Shown: in pieces, positions 1-13,249 of the stretch | How the letters are laid out: each line of letters opens with the position of its first letter | Numbering within the stretch: the first letter of the stretch is position 1 | Position numbers and translations under genes: made by a program | The notes under the pieces: model-generated | Database searches by the model: none | The model's input: only the letters and a program-made list of their open reading frames with translations | Told to the model about the DNA's origin: nothing | NCBI GenBank assembly: GCA_002269645.1 | Contig: NIVC01000073.1 | Location: 62,001 to 126,000, forward strand | Origin: Macrostomum lignano | Lineage: Eukaryota | Length of the DNA: 64,000 bases | Reading direction: 5' to 3'

Positions 1-1580
<1,580 letters not shown>

Positions 1581-2349
1581 ATGTCTTCCCTGTCTATCTC
1601 CAGTGCCTATCTCTCAGTCTATGTATGCATATGCAGCCATTAGTTTATGAATTTATAAACAGTTATAATTGATTAACTAGTCAGTCAGCTCGGACTGTTC
1701 TCCGTAAACCAAACACGGAGATTTATTTGTCGATTTGACATGAAGCTGCATAGAAGATACATTTAACAGCTTCAACTTTGCCCATGCTTGTCTTCCTTAT
1801 CACTCAATTCCAGTAGAAACCGAACTTATTAGCTAACTATATCGAGTTTGTTTTATTAATGAAGTTACACGGGTGGTTAGATAGGCACATTTAAAGCGAT
1901 AAAACAAAGTTATCTAACTTACTCAGAATTTAGTCAGCCAGTCAGTGGAAGGGGGCTTACTTTGTGCGTAGAATAAATTCATGTATCCATAATACGCATA
2001 ATTATCAAGATCTAAGAGCATACCGAAACTAGCAACCAGAAGCCAGATGTAAAAGTCTCTAATATATAGAAATTCAAACAGGTACAAAATTACCTACCTG
2101 TAACCAGTTCATATTGCCTTTAAAGTAGGATCCATCTAAAAATATGACATAACGGAATAGGTCATATAAACAGTTGCGATAATAATGTCAAACAGCAATT
2201 ACTATCTAGATGTCTTGCTGCAACCAAATAGAAAGCCTTGGCGTCTTTGATTAGCAGAATTAACATCTTTAAGAGCTTAAGTGTTGACCAGTGGCGTACA
2301 CAGGAGGCCAGGGGATGGCAGGCCCATTTTTATCTCACTCTCTTGCAAT

Positions 2350-2870
2350 AGACAAGCCACCCACCAAGAGACAGAGGCGCCCACCAAGAGACAGAGGCGC
2401 CCACCAAGAGACAGAGGCGCCCACCAAGAGGCAGAGGCGCCCCCCAAGAGACAGGGGCGCCCGCCAAGAGACAGGGGTGTCCGCCAAGAGACAGGGGCGC
2501 CAACCTAGAGACAGGGGTGTCCGCCAAGAGACAGGGGCGCCAACCTAGAGACACGGGCGCCCGCCAAGAGACAGGGGTGTCCGCCAAGAGACAGGGGCGC
2601 CCGCCAAGAGACACGGGCGCCCGCCAAGAGACACGGGCGCCCGCCAAGAGACAGGGGTGTCCGCCAAGAGACAGGGGTGTCCGCCAAGAGACAGGGGCGC
2701 CAACCCAGAGACAGGGGTGTCCGCCAAGAGACAGGGGCGCCAACCCAAAGACAAAGGCGCCAACCCAGAGACAGGGGCGCTAACCTAGAGACAGGGGTGT
2801 CCGCCAAGAGACAGGGGCGCCCGCCAAGAGACAGGGGCGTCCGCCAAGAGACAGGGGTGCCCACCAAGAC
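2350..2870 (+). repeat. 20-21 bp minisatellite (CCAAGAGACAGGGGCGC core), same family as 10047-10500
   Basis: Tandem units visible directly; preceded at 2290 by CAGTGGCGTA, which resembles a hAT-like terminus. Confidence 0.9.
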
Positions 2871-3246
2871 ATTAAATATTGGCATCCCCCAGTGTTGCAG
2901 CCACCACCAGTTAAAACTCCTGCAAATGCCACTGAAGTTAACACTTACAATTACTAAGTATTTTGAGTTAAATTTCAAGTCTAATGTGCAGCAGTCGATC
3001 GACAGCCAGTAAATATTATGATATGAATTTTATGTAAATTGTACAAGGCTAGCCAATTAAATGTGTTAAAAATTAAAAAAAACTAATACACTGGCACAAA
3101 ACAGATACTCTTCAAATTAGTTAATTAATGAACCCTTAATGACTGATGCTAATCATAACTCCCACATTTGGATGCAGCAAAGTAATAAGTATAGGGTTAC
3201 TTCACTACTGATAAAAAACTAATCCAATATATTAAAAATTACTTAC

Positions 3247-3520
3247 TTAGCAGTAAAGAAACCACCTCTGACATGACAATTGATTTTTCAACTGGCTGTA
3301 TAAAATCTAAAAATTTCTCAGTGACCTGATAGAATGGTTGTACAGATTTCTCAAGAGGTGCCACCTCCTTTGGTGTAGACTGGCTAGATTTCTTTGGTGG
3401 TGCAGCCTTGATGCCAGAAGCTAATAGTGTCAACATGATAACCAATGTGCATAGTATAGCTGTTGTACTTTTAGTTGCAATTTTGCAAGAATCATAATTT
3501 GGCAATCCTATTTTGCCCAT
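3247..3520 (-). CDS. First coding exon of a secreted or membrane protein, possibly prominin-like; downstream exons unresolved
   Basis: ATG at 3520, hydrophobic signal-like stretch (AILCTLVIMLTLLASGIKA), then QPFYQVTEKFLDFIQP, which resembles the prominin N-terminal motif. GTAAGT donor after 3247. Exon-like segments at about 1960-2140 could not be phased. Confidence 0.35.
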
Positions 3521-3871
3521 TGCTGCAAGTTGGAAATAGTGTTACAAAATAGTGATAAAGCTGTCAAATTTTATCATGCAAAGTATAGAATGAAGTGAAT
3601 ATTTTGTCATTAGTTTAATTGGATTGCAAGATATAACAATAAACAAGTAGACTAAAACTATATAAGAACACTGAATGGCAAATATACTGATATCAATAAG
3701 CCTATTATCCATGATTTTAGGACTTACATATAATTCAAAGATTAGGTCTAGATATGTAAAAACACCTCCATTCAAGATCATGTCATATATGCCAGAAATT
3801 TCTGATGCATATTTTTGATACTAGTATATGGCAGATATGCTTGAATTTTGGTATATAGCATGTACTACATG

Positions 3872-4206
3872 CAAACATGCCCAACACCCATCTAACCCAT
3901 CCAAACTGGATAGGTAAAATGGCTGCCAGGCAAGATAGTTGCAAAATTGAAAATGCAAAAAAGGAAACATTGGGGGAAGAAAGAAAGGAGAGGAAGAGAA
4001 AAGGAAAAGAAAGGGGGAGAAGAGAGAGAGGGGAAAGAGGAGAAAAAGAGAAAAAGAAAAAAGAAAAAGACAAGAAAAGTCATATATAAAGTGAAAATTA
4101 AGTTGCAATCAGGGAAACTAAGTTGCAATTAGGAGGAACTAAGTCGCAAATCTGGATAAAACTAAGTTGCACTGGATGGGTGAAATTTTAAGGTTGGGCA
4201 TGTATG
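3872..4206. mobile_element. hAT-type MITE, related to the 28S-carrying MITE family
   Basis: TIRs CAAACATGCCCAAC / GTTGGGCATGTATG; near-perfect 8-bp TSD actacatg/actatatg; internal AAGTTGCAA subterminal repeats. Confidence 0.7.
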
Positions 4207-4291
4207 ACTATATGGCACATAAGTTAAGTTTAACAAAAATACTATAAATATATAAAGTTTAATAGTTTTATTAAAAAATCATTATTCATAT

Positions 4292-4588
4292 CATACATGC
4301 GCAACCTCCAAAATTCGGTCGGCCATGCGACTTAGTTTTAACAAAAATGCGACGTAGTTTTTGGCCAAAAATGCGACTTAGATGTAAAAAACCCTAAAGC
4401 AAAATTAACGCAACTTTGGGTAAACGGTAGGAGTAACTATGACTGTATTATTAGGTCAAAATGCCTCGTCAGCTACTTAGTACTACTACTTGGTTATTTT
4501 TTCGGGTGGGCATTTTTGCGACTTCCTTGGTTGGCCGCCAAATCGGTCGGCCGGACCGGCCGACTCGGCCGACTGTTGCGCATGTATG
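4292..4588. mobile_element. hAT-type MITE carrying a 28S rRNA fragment (copy 1)
   Basis: 14-bp perfect TIR CATACATGCGCAAC...GTTGCGCATGTATG; perfect 8-bp TSD ATTCATAT (4284-4291 and 4589-4596); TGCGAC and TCGGCCGA subterminal repeats. Confidence 0.92.
4418..4481 (+). pseudogene. 28S rRNA helix 69-71 fragment (non-functional, inside MITE)
   Basis: GGGTAAACGGTAGGAGTAACTATGACTGTATTATTAGGTCAAAATGCCTCGTCAGCTACTTAGT aligns to the conserved eukaryotic LSU GGGTAAACGGCGGGAGTAACTATGACTCTCTTAAGGTAGCCAAATGCCTCGTCATCTAATTAGT. Confidence 0.85.
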
Positions 4589-5366
4589 ATTCATATCATA
4601 GGCCCCATAGTCTAGAAGGCAATATATATAATCGGATTTCCTAGTATATAATAAAGGTACTTGCCATTTTTCAACATATCAGCATAAATCCTAACATAAT
4701 ATAATACAGTGGAATTTTTTGGCTTATATATATGGTTAGGATCTACAAAAATATTAAGGCAACTTTAGGGCCTATTTAAGATATGCCACATACACATGAG
4801 TGGGGCTAGCCATCAACTCAAGAATTTTTAGCTGATTTGTCAATGACCGGACTGGCTTGAAACCGATATGCACTTTACCCAACCAATACTGTATCGAAAA
4901 ATTGATTACTATGTACAAGTTTTAAACCATCAATTAAAAACTCAATTCAACTACTCTTGGTACTCTCAACTATTTATATATACTAAATATTTGTTCAAAT
5001 TGTTTCTTAAATAAAAAGACACTGACAATGTCCTAATGCAAATGGAGAAAATATTTCAGCAATTAAACTAAATAAATACAATTTATGTTTATTCTTACTT
5101 TTATTTATCTTATCTTTATTAAGCAAGCCACTTTGCCCGAAATCTAAAGTCTAAATAATCCATTGCTATAGTGAAGTTAATTCGAAATTTATGATAGTAA
5201 ATTAGTTTTTTAAAATAATATACTAAACTTTTCTATAATTACTAGTAGTGTTCTACCATAGCTATTAGCTATAGCTACAACTAGGCCTATGGGATCCTAT
5301 GGGCCCTAGTAAATATAGCAAAATATATGGCTATGGTAGCTACAGATATGCCTATAGTAGATAACT

Positions 5367-5665
5367 CATACATGCACAACCTCCAAAATTCAGTCGGCCA
5401 TGCGACTTAGTTTTAACAAAAATGCGACGTAGTTTTTGGCCAAAATGCGACTACATGTAATTAAAAAAACCATACGCAAAATTAACGCAACTTTGGGTAA
5501 ACGGCAGGAGTAACTATGACTGTCTTATTAGGTCAAAATGCCTCGTCAGCTACTTAGTAATACTACTTTGGTATTTTTTCGGATGGGCATTTTTGCGACT
5601 TCCTTGATTGGCTGCCAAATCGGTCGGCCGGATCGGCCGACTCGGCCGACTGTTGCGCATGTATG
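5367..5665. mobile_element. hAT-type MITE carrying a 28S rRNA fragment (copy 2)
   Basis: TIR CATACATGCACAAC...GTTGCGCATGTATG; perfect 8-bp TSD AGATAACT (5359-5366 and 5666-5673); colinear with copy 1. Confidence 0.92.
5495..5558 (+). pseudogene. 28S rRNA helix 69-71 fragment (non-functional, inside MITE)
   Basis: 53 of 64 ungapped identities, counted by hand, to the conserved eukaryotic 28S sequence; mismatches cluster at positions 34-41. Confidence 0.88.
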
Positions 5666-5810
5666 AGATAACTGCTATTATGGCTAGGCCCTATGACTAT
5701 GGAAAAATACCTATATAACTTTAATTAAGCTATAAAACACTAAAATGTTGCAAAGTGTTGGAAGATATGTCTGAAAATGTGTTGGCAAAAGTTATCATGC
5801 TTGGGTGCAA

Positions 5811-5968
5811 CCTAGGGATTCACCTAGCCATTTTTATTGGCAACATGCCAACACACACATATAACTGTAAGTCACTATTGGACAGAATAGTAGTCACATG
5901 ACTGCTCTCAGCCAATAGCAACTTACATGTGTGTATTGCCAAAAGAAATGGCTGAGTGATTCCATAGG
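5811..5968. repeat. Imperfect ~160-bp palindrome (foldback or MITE-like)
   Basis: Arms CCTAGGGATTCAC..AGCCATTT..TTGGCAA..ACACACAT..GTAAGT..CTATTGG mirror the right arm around a central GTCACATGAC; no TSD seen. Confidence 0.6.
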
Positions 5969-6269
5969 CTATGTATGAAAGTTAAAGGCCTACAGGTTAG
6001 AATTTTATACAAAAAAAAAATTCTATCCAACTTTGACAATCCTCTGCATTTGCATGGTTGACTTTCTACACACTAAATTTGAAATGAAGAGTGTAATGTA
6101 ACATTAAAATAAGGCCTAGCATTCTTAACTATTTAAATAGGCCTAGTCCAGTTTTGATTTTGAATGACTAGATGCTTCTAACATTGTGTAATTAGGCCTA
6201 TGTAATATCAGTAAATGATTTTAGCATGAGACAACTGATGTGGAACTAAAACTAAAAAAAGAATCGGCC

Positions 6270-6603
6270 AAATAATAATTGATTACACCTGCCCCAATGT
6301 CAGAGGCCAGATGTGCAACACTGCAACTAACAGTGACAGCTCAGCGGCAGCTAATGTGCAGTGCATCTGAAGGCTCCATACGACTGTTCAGTCATAGGAC
6401 TGACTGGGCGGGTCGCCACACTCACCCTCAGTTACCCCGTCCCCAGCTAATGCTGGCACCCATTTTACAGCTGGGTAAACTGAAGCAATGCAGACTTGTG
6501 GTGCTCAAGGACACAAATTCTTCCGTACTCGATGGAATCGGGAATCGAACCCCGTCCTTCATTTCGTGAGTTCGACGCTCTAACCACTAAACTAGAACTC
6601 CCC
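6270..6603 (-). mobile_element. tRNA-derived SINE family 1 (CORE-like central domain), full length
   Basis: The minus strand starts GGGGAGTTCTAGTTTAGTGGTTAGAGCG...GGTTCGATTCCC (A and B boxes), then GTGTCCTTGAGC...CAGTTTACCCAGCTGTAAAATGGG (MIR/CORE-like), and ends in a (TTA)n tail; homologous to 32520-32730 and 33920-34180. Confidence 0.85.
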
Positions 6604-7844
6604 TAAGCTAAAGGCTAGACCTAAAAGCAGAGAATAAAATGAATAATTGACGCCGACGTCCGACGAACGGCAAATATAAAGTTCCATTTCTTTTCCTATA
6701 AAAAGGAACTTAAATAAACTGTAGTCATCGATTTTTTTACAAATAGTTTTATAAAAACTATTTCAAGCTGTTAGTTTTAAGTTGACTTGTAAACTTTTTA
6801 CCAGCTTGATTTTTACCAGCTGTTGTTTCTTAAAAGAAATTGTTATACCTTCTTACATTTACATGCTTTCGTGATTTCAGGAGTTTAGTCCTCTGACACT
6901 GACATTTCGCAACTTCATTTGCTGCATTAAGTATGGTTCCGATTGGAAGTCCGAAATGTGAAACATTGTGTCTTCTACATGAATAGAAATTTCCTATATG
7001 GTAAAAATGGTTTGTTTAGTGCTAAAAAATTCTATTTTGCTAATGCATTTAGCAGCGAAAACCGGCTTCCAGTACGCAAAACCCTACAATCTGCAACTCA
7101 ACTACTTCCATTGAGTAAATGAGAGGGAAATCTGAAATTCTTAATAGAAAACTAATTTAATAGTTGAAATGCTGGGTCAGGACGATGATAGAAATGCAAT
7201 TGGAGATTTTTAGGTAATTTGCAGATTTCGATGAAATTAAAGTCGATAATACAGAGCAAAACCAATCAATTTCTGTTAAAATGAAAATACGCCACACAAG
7301 TAAGCATATGTGGAAGAGGTAGCATCGGCACGGTTTTTATTAGAATAGGGTAATTTATTATAGATAACAGCACCGGAATTTTTACCGCAGAACAAAACAA
7401 AAAAATAGGTCAAGCATACCCACAAAGCACTAAAAATGCATTTCGATTGAGCATAAGCCGATTATAGGGAACTTCTAAACACAGGTACGCATTATAATTG
7501 GATTTTATTTAACTGCGTAGCACAACACACATCAGCGTAATACGAAATCACAATACGGTATCGATAGAGATGTTAAACAGTTTGGCCTATCATTGTAAGA
7601 CAGTTTCTGGTAGAAATTACACTTTTAAAACAAAACGTGACAAAAATTGAACAAAATAACGATTTACTGGTATAAATTTTACCGGTAGTCGAATGAAGTA
7701 AATATTGCATAATGCATGATTGCTAATTAAGGTTTTATGATTTTGAAAACAGTGAATGGTATGGTGATGCTTCAAGCTAGACTCGAGACGGACTCCTAGA
7801 TTCTACAGTAGTGGGGTTTGGGGGACGAATCTGAAAGGGGATTT

Positions 7845-8600
7845 GGGCGATTCTACAGGGGATTCGAGGGCGATTCTACAGGAGACTTGATGGCTATTCT
7901 AAAGGAGGATTTGGGCGATTCTACAGGGGATTCGAGGGCGATTCTACAGGAGACTTGAAGGCGATTCTAAGGGAGGATTTAAAGGCGATTCTACAAAAAT
8001 ACTTGAGGGCGATTCTAAACAGGGACTTAAAGGCGATTCTAAAGGAGGATTTGAAAGCGATTCTACAGGGGATTTGGGCGATTCTACAGGAGACTTGAGG
8101 GCTTATTCTAAAGGGGGATTTGAAGGCGATTCTACAGGGGACTTAAGGGCGATTCTACAGGGGATTTGAGGGCGATTTTAAACAGGGACTTAAAGGCGAT
8201 TCTAAAGGAGGATTTGAAAGCGATTCTACAGGGGAATCGAGGGCGATTCTACAGGAGACTTGAGGGCTATTCTAAAGAAGGATTTGAGGGCGATTCTACA
8301 CAAGATTTAAGGGCGATTCTGCAGGGGACTTGAGGGCGATTCTACATAGGGATTTGAAGGCGATTCTAAAGGAGGATTTGGGCGATTCTACAGGGGATTC
8401 GAGGGCGATTCTACAGGAGACTTGAAGGCGATTCTAAGGGAGGATTTAAGGGCGATTCTACAAAAGGACTTAAGGGCGATTCTAAACAGGGACTTAAGGC
8501 GATTCTAAAGGAGGATTTAAAAGCGATTCTACAGGGGATTTGAGCGCGATTCTACATAGGGATTTGGGGGCGATTTTAGAGGGAGATTTAAAAGCAATTT
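7845..8600 (+). repeat. ~20-23 bp minisatellite (GGCGATTCTACAGGGGATTTGAG)
   Basis: Degenerate tandem units with a constant GGCGATTCTA. Confidence 0.92.
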
Positions 8601-8777
8601 TGGAGGGAAATTAAGGGGATTTTAGATAGGTTCCAAGGCCCATACTTAAGGGAGGTTAAGGGTAGAAAGCAATAAAAGATTTGTCTTTCGATCTTTTAGT
8701 AGTATCTTTTAATAGTTTTATATTTCACTCCTTACGTCCTTATCAGCCACTCGATCTCTCCTTGATCCCGATCGAGT

Positions 8778-9783
<1,006 letters not shown>

Positions 9784-10046
9784 TCTCTCAATACAAACGC
9801 TACTATTAGTAGAGTATCTAAGTAGTTAAGATTGAGCTGAAAAGAGTCATAAGTTAATTGTCAAGTAAGAGACCTATCAGAAAGTAAATATACAAACAGG
9901 ATCTGTCTACGCACAGAGGGGGTCAGGAGCTTCTTTCTTCTCCCTTATCGCCCCCAAAAGATTGACTAAATGAAAGACGGGTAACCAAGATCGACGAATG
10001 ACAGGAACTCAACTTTTGCAACTCTTGGGTGGGGCATCCAAAGGCC

Positions 10047-10500
10047 TAAGAGACAGGGGCGCCCACGAAGAGACAGGGGCGCCAACCAAGAGACAGGGGC
10101 GCAAACCAAGAGACAGGGGCGCCAACCAAGAGACAGGGGCGCCAACCAAGAGACAGGGGCGCCAAAGAAGAGACAGGGGCGCCAACCAAGAGACAGGGGT
10201 GCCAACCAAGAGACAGGGGCGCCAACCAAGAGACAGGGGCGCCAAAGAAGAGACAGGGGCGCCAACCAAGAGACAGGGGCGCCAACCAAGAGACAGGGGC
10301 GCCAACCAAGAGACAGGGGTGTCCGCCAAGAGACATGGGCGCTAACCAAGAGACAGGGGCGCCAACGAAGAGACAGGGGTGTCCGCCAAGAGACAGGGGC
10401 GCCTACCATAAGGGACAGAGACGCCCATCAGGAGACAAGAAAGCTCTCCATGAGACAGTGGCGCCCACTACGACACAGGGGCGCCCATTGAGACATGAAA
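10047..10500 (+). repeat. 21-bp minisatellite (CAACCAAGAGACAGGGGCGC), same family as 2350-2870
   Basis: Direct tandem units; shares the AAATATTGGC 3' flank with the 2.8-kb copy. Confidence 0.92.
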
Positions 10501-11190
10501 TATTGGCGCCTCTTTAGGGTTGCAACCCTTTAATTAGAATATTATGAGCATGCATTCAAGTCTTGACAAAAAAACAAAAAATCAAATTATTTCATAGCAA
10601 AAAAAGGAACGATTTAAACACAATTTCACTAAATTAAGCAATTTTAGCATGTATAAATCTATTACAAATCAGGCAAAATTATATTAACACAGGCAGTAGA
10701 AATTGTTAAATATAGTGGTCAAAAAATCAATTTAACAATTATACATTTCGAACGCACTAGCAAGCAAAACAATTGCACAATTACTTATATACTCAAATTT
10801 TCAATTTCTATTGAAAACATTTAGCAGTAGAGCAAAATTAAACTACGTCAACTAACAATATGGCACAGTAAAGAATGCAAAACAGTATCAATTAAGGACG
10901 GTAAAACTGATAGAACAAGAGAAAAAACAGCAAGATGAAGGCAGAGAATGATTTTAACAAACTATTTGTCAGTATAAAATTGCAAAGTAAAAAATTCTAT
11001 TAGTAGTCCTATCCTCAGTTGTCCATGACGAATCAACTTTCCTTTTGGTTTCCTATCAATTTTCTTCGAACTATTTAATTTAAGATTCATCATATTTTTT
11101 ACAATTCATAGTTTAATTAAGATGTCGATAACTTAGCTCGTATGTCACTGCTTCGTTAAACTTCGTCTTGGGTGAAACTTCACTGACAAG

Positions 11191-11800
11191 TAGACATAGA
11201 CTGACCATAGACAGCCACCGCTAGCGGCAACCAATCTGGTAAAAACTGCGAGCCATTCTGCCAGCTTGAAGATAGCAGCTCAATAGCTCATAACAATAAC
11301 GATAAAGAATGTTAACAATACATGCACGAAGTCAGAACATTATGTCCTCAGCATTCAAGCACCGATTGAAGTACGTCTGGGAATGGTTGATCCAGCGCAG
11401 GCACTTGAGAGGCGTGATGCAGTTCAGTGCTTGCTGCACTTCTCTCTTCAGAATGCGCATCCTGTGCTGATGCAGTGTCGCACCTGCTGCAGCAGCCAGT
11501 CCACTATCTGCCACCTCGCGCTGAATGGCAGGTGATTGCAATTGCGTTTTCAGCTTGGCCTTCAGCGCTGAGCCTGCGTACTCCGCCGGGTTGATGATGA
11601 GAGAGCACGACTGATAGTGGTCAGACTCACCACTCCTGTACGCTCTCACGATTCGGTCTCGATCCAGCTGACTTATCTTTTGGTACGGCCCACGTTTCGC
11701 CATCAGAGCAGCTGCTATCTTCAAGCTGGCAAAATAGCTCGCAGTTTTTACCAAATTGGTTGCCGCTAGCGGTGGCTGTCTATGGAAAATTCTATGTCTA
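11191..11800 (-). mobile_element. Internally deleted IS630/Tc1-superfamily (ISRm11-like) element with long TIRs and a 123-aa residual ORF (11703-11332)
   Basis: ~70-90 bp inverted repeats (CATAGACAGCCACCGCTAGCGGCAACCAAT.TGGTAAAAACTGCGAGC...CTTGAAGATAGCAGCT) with TA at both ends. The ORF joins an HTH-like start (MAKRGPYQKISQLDRDRIVRAY) to INPAEYAGSALKAKL and CLRWINHSQTYFNRCLNAEDI, typical of the transposase C-terminus. Confidence 0.7.
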
Positions 11801-11974
11801 TGGTCAGGCTGAGCCGTGGCCAAATTGGTTGCAGTTTTTATCAAATAGAACGTAAAAAGGTATAGTATTTACTATGGAAACCCTTCGTTTAGCTTTAAAT
11901 TAACAGTTCAAGAGACTAGGTCGAACCAAACACTTCGCGTTTTGTACACAGCATTTATAAATTTACAAGCCTAA

Positions 11975-12150
11975 CCTAAAAGTACACATGGTATCTAAAA
12001 GTACAGTTGAATAAAAGTACATACGGAACTTAAAAGTCCAGTATAAATAAAAGTACACATTAAACCTATAAGTGCACGGCTAAAAAGTACACCCTCAAAC
12101 TAAAAGTACGCATTTGAAATAAAAGCACACGTTTGAATAAAAGTACACAT
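11975..12150 (+). repeat. Degenerate AAAAGTACAC repeat array downstream of the DHHC gene
   Basis: Same motif and orientation as 13250-14110. Confidence 0.85.
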
Positions 12151-12161
12151 TGCACTTTAAT

Positions 12162-12998
12162 TCATAAAGTTTTTCTAGGCGCCTCCCCGCCGCCAGCTAT
12201 AGGAAATTTGAATCCGTCAAGCGGCAGCCGGGATACGGTAAATGGCCAAACAAAAGCAAGCAGGTAGCGAGGCCCGAACACCTGCATAACATTCTGCCGC
12301 CAGCCCATGTTATAATCGCAAATCATCTTAGCTCGCTCGTGCACAGTCTGATTAACCAACAGCAAGCGAAGGTGCAAACCGAATAGCAGCCACAATAAGC
12401 CGCCGCCAAATATGCAAATAATCTGAGTGATGGCCAGACAGAACTGGTACAGACTGCTGACGCCGAACATCATTGACATGAACGGTACAGTCAGTTGGAA
12501 AGCCGATTTAAGCGACAGGCCCTCGTGGGCGTCTAATACAAATCGCCAATTGAACACAGCGGCATAAATTGCGGCTATAGCAAAATACACTACTGTCAGT
12601 AGATAATAACGCTGATTAGCTAAGCCGACACAATTAACAGCGAACAGGCAGTGATGATCGCGCTTCAATACGCAGATATTGCACACGTCGCAGTGATAGC
12701 TTCTAGGCGGACAATGGCACTCGCAAGCGTGACAGAATCGCCAAGCTGGCCCAATCTCGCTAGACTCCACTAGCCTACCCCGCATTGAAGCATCGATACT
12801 ATACAGCTTGTAGAAATTAGCGCACACATTTATTAGTAGGAAAACGCCAGCAATTACGTGCAGCCAATAAACTGGCTCGCTAGTATTGTGATAGTGCGGC
12901 AATATGTGCAACAGCTGCAGCAGGCACATGTAGGGTATGGAGAATATGGCAAACACACACGAGGCCAGTTCGATGCATTGTCGCAGCGATATCTTCAT
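12162..12998 (-). CDS. ZDHHC24: DHHC palmitoyltransferase (ZDHHC24-like), intronless, 278 aa
   Basis: CHACECHCPPRSYHCDVCNICVLKRDHHCLFAVNCVG cysteine-rich domain, four TM segments, NQTVHE (TTxE-like) and NMGWRQN motifs. Subfamily assignment is from memory. Confidence 0.9.
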   Translation of the reverse strand: MKISLRQCIELASCVFAIFSIPYMCLLQLLHILPHYHNTSEPVYWLHVIAGVFLLINVCANFYKLYSIDASMRGRLVESSEIGPAWRFCHACECHCPPRSYHCDVCNICVLKRDHHCLFAVNCVGLANQRYYLLTVVYFAIAAIYAAVFNWRFVLDAHEGLSLKSAFQLTVPFMSMMFGVSSLYQFCLAITQIICIFGGGLLWLLFGLHLRLLLVNQTVHERAKMICDYNMGWRQNVMQVFGPRYLLAFVWPFTVSRLPLDGFKFPIAGGGEAPRKTL

Positions 12999-13249
12999 CT
13001 TTGTGGGCTCTTTGAAGCTGGAATTGATATGCGAGTTATGGCTTGTAGTCACATCAATAATTACTGATTCGTGTTCTTGGAAAATATTTTAGGAGGCAAG
13101 TTTTACCAAAAAAATACACTCAGCTGAGAATGAAAAAAGGTTTACAAAACCAATGAGTCCAGCCATGCCATTTTTATGACTTTTAGCCATGTTCTATGAA
13201 TATGAGGCCCTATTAATATCAATAGAGCTAAAAGAAAGGCACGACATAT

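Noticed and set aside
4418-5558. Functional rRNA gene or organellar LSU insertion
   Set aside because: Only 64 nt, no flanking rRNA, helix 69 pairing is disrupted, the sequence is of the nuclear eukaryotic type, and it sits inside TIRs.
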